Source: Podarcis gaigeae
Taxonomy: Eukaryota
Assembly (NCBI GenBank): GCA_964106915.2
Contig: OZ066927.1
Direction: 5' to 3' (one strand)
Length of the DNA stretch: 64,000 nt
Position numbers and translations under genes: made by a program. The notes under the pieces are model-generated. The model searched no databases. It was not told the DNA's origin and saw nothing but the letters and a program-made list of their open reading frames with translations. Positions 63,146 through 64,000 of this stretch are shown one piece after another. Position 1 is the stretch's first letter, and every line of letters begins with the position of its first letter.

Positions 63146-64000
63146 CTCCCTCAAGAGAATTGTCAAGGCGAAACAACATAAGGCTGTTTGTAAGTGGGCT
63201 TATGATGATCTGCACAACTTTATTCTTCGCATCCTCAGACATCTTGCACGCGACTGTGAAGATGATACAGAGTTGGTGCCAACATCAAAGGAGGACACAG
63301 CTGGGTTTCTGTAACAGACAAGGATGGGGAACCTGTGGTCACCAGATGTAGGACTTCAGATCCCATCATTCCTGGCTATTGCATGTACTGCATGAGGCTG
63401 ATGGGACTTGGAGTCCAACAATGATGGGCGGGTCAAAAGTTCCCCATCCCTGTTCGATAAGCAGCGTGAACCCCCTGTATCTGAAGTGGTACAATATGAC
63501 TAGAGCTGCTTCAGATGATTCTGCTGAGCATGGAATTCTGTTCTAAGGCAGCTATAGATACCTTCTCCATAGCTTAGGGGATTCTACTTGGCAAAGGCTT
63601 GCCAAAAATGGTGTCTCTTTCACAAGCATTAAAAGAAGAAATTTAGCTGTTTCTCTTTGGTGGGATTAAGCTGGCACTGCCTAAGAGTGCCTGGAAGTCT
63701 AGGTGCCTTTGTGTCTGTTTCCAACTTACAAGGCAATTGTTCACCCCTTCCAAAAACATGCTTTATGCATGCAGCTGGATGAGGTAGAAGAGTCTTTTGA
63801 TGGTAGAATGAGCCGTACTATTTCAGATTGTATGGGGGAGGAGCATAATATTTAATATGCTTAAACTGAAAATCTCACTGCAATGAGAGAACTAGGAGAA
63901 CGGGAACCAATAATTCACCCTAGTGGTCTAGGTTGTTGTTGTATAAGAGTTTCTTGATTGCTTATTTTAATTAAATTTAAATTTACTGTATTTTTTGCTC

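Larger units (their letters stand above)
1..64000 (+). other. NTRK3: NTRK3 intron between the juxtamembrane exon (...NPQYF...KPDT) and the first kinase exon (YVQHIKRRDIVLKRELG...), containing the T1 terminal exon
   Basis: Inferred from the known position of the T1 exon in the vertebrate gene structure. Neither flanking exon was recognised in the window. Confidence 0.75.

Overview
This is vertebrate genomic DNA, most likely from a squamate reptile and probably a lacertid lizard, judged from its repeat families (BovB, CR1, L2, Squam-type SINEs, lizard MITEs). The window appears to lie inside one large intron of NTRK3 (TrkC, + strand), between the juxtamembrane exon and the first kinase-domain exon; neither of those exons was found here. 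The only confidently coding segment is the terminal exon of the kinase-less isoform TrkC.T1 at 24510-24631 (FREIMLNPITLPGHSNPLNHHGIYVEDVSVYFSKGRHGF*). It is followed by about 3.5 kb without recognisable repeats that is probably its 3' UTR. The rest is intron filled with LINE 3' ends, SINEs and hAT/mariner/Harbinger-like MITEs (often nested), microsatellites, two assembly gaps and several repeat-free homeodomain-motif-rich blocks that may be enhancers. Nearly all other ORF-track entries are spurious or transposon-derived. I found no multi-gene novel system. The best leads concern TrkC isoform control: a candidate 9-nt microexon with nearby RBFOX motifs, a miR-128 site cluster with a tandem duplication and competing hairpins, a long AG-exclusion zone with a second acceptor, and an unexplained 65-bp inverted repeat carrying two CRE sites.
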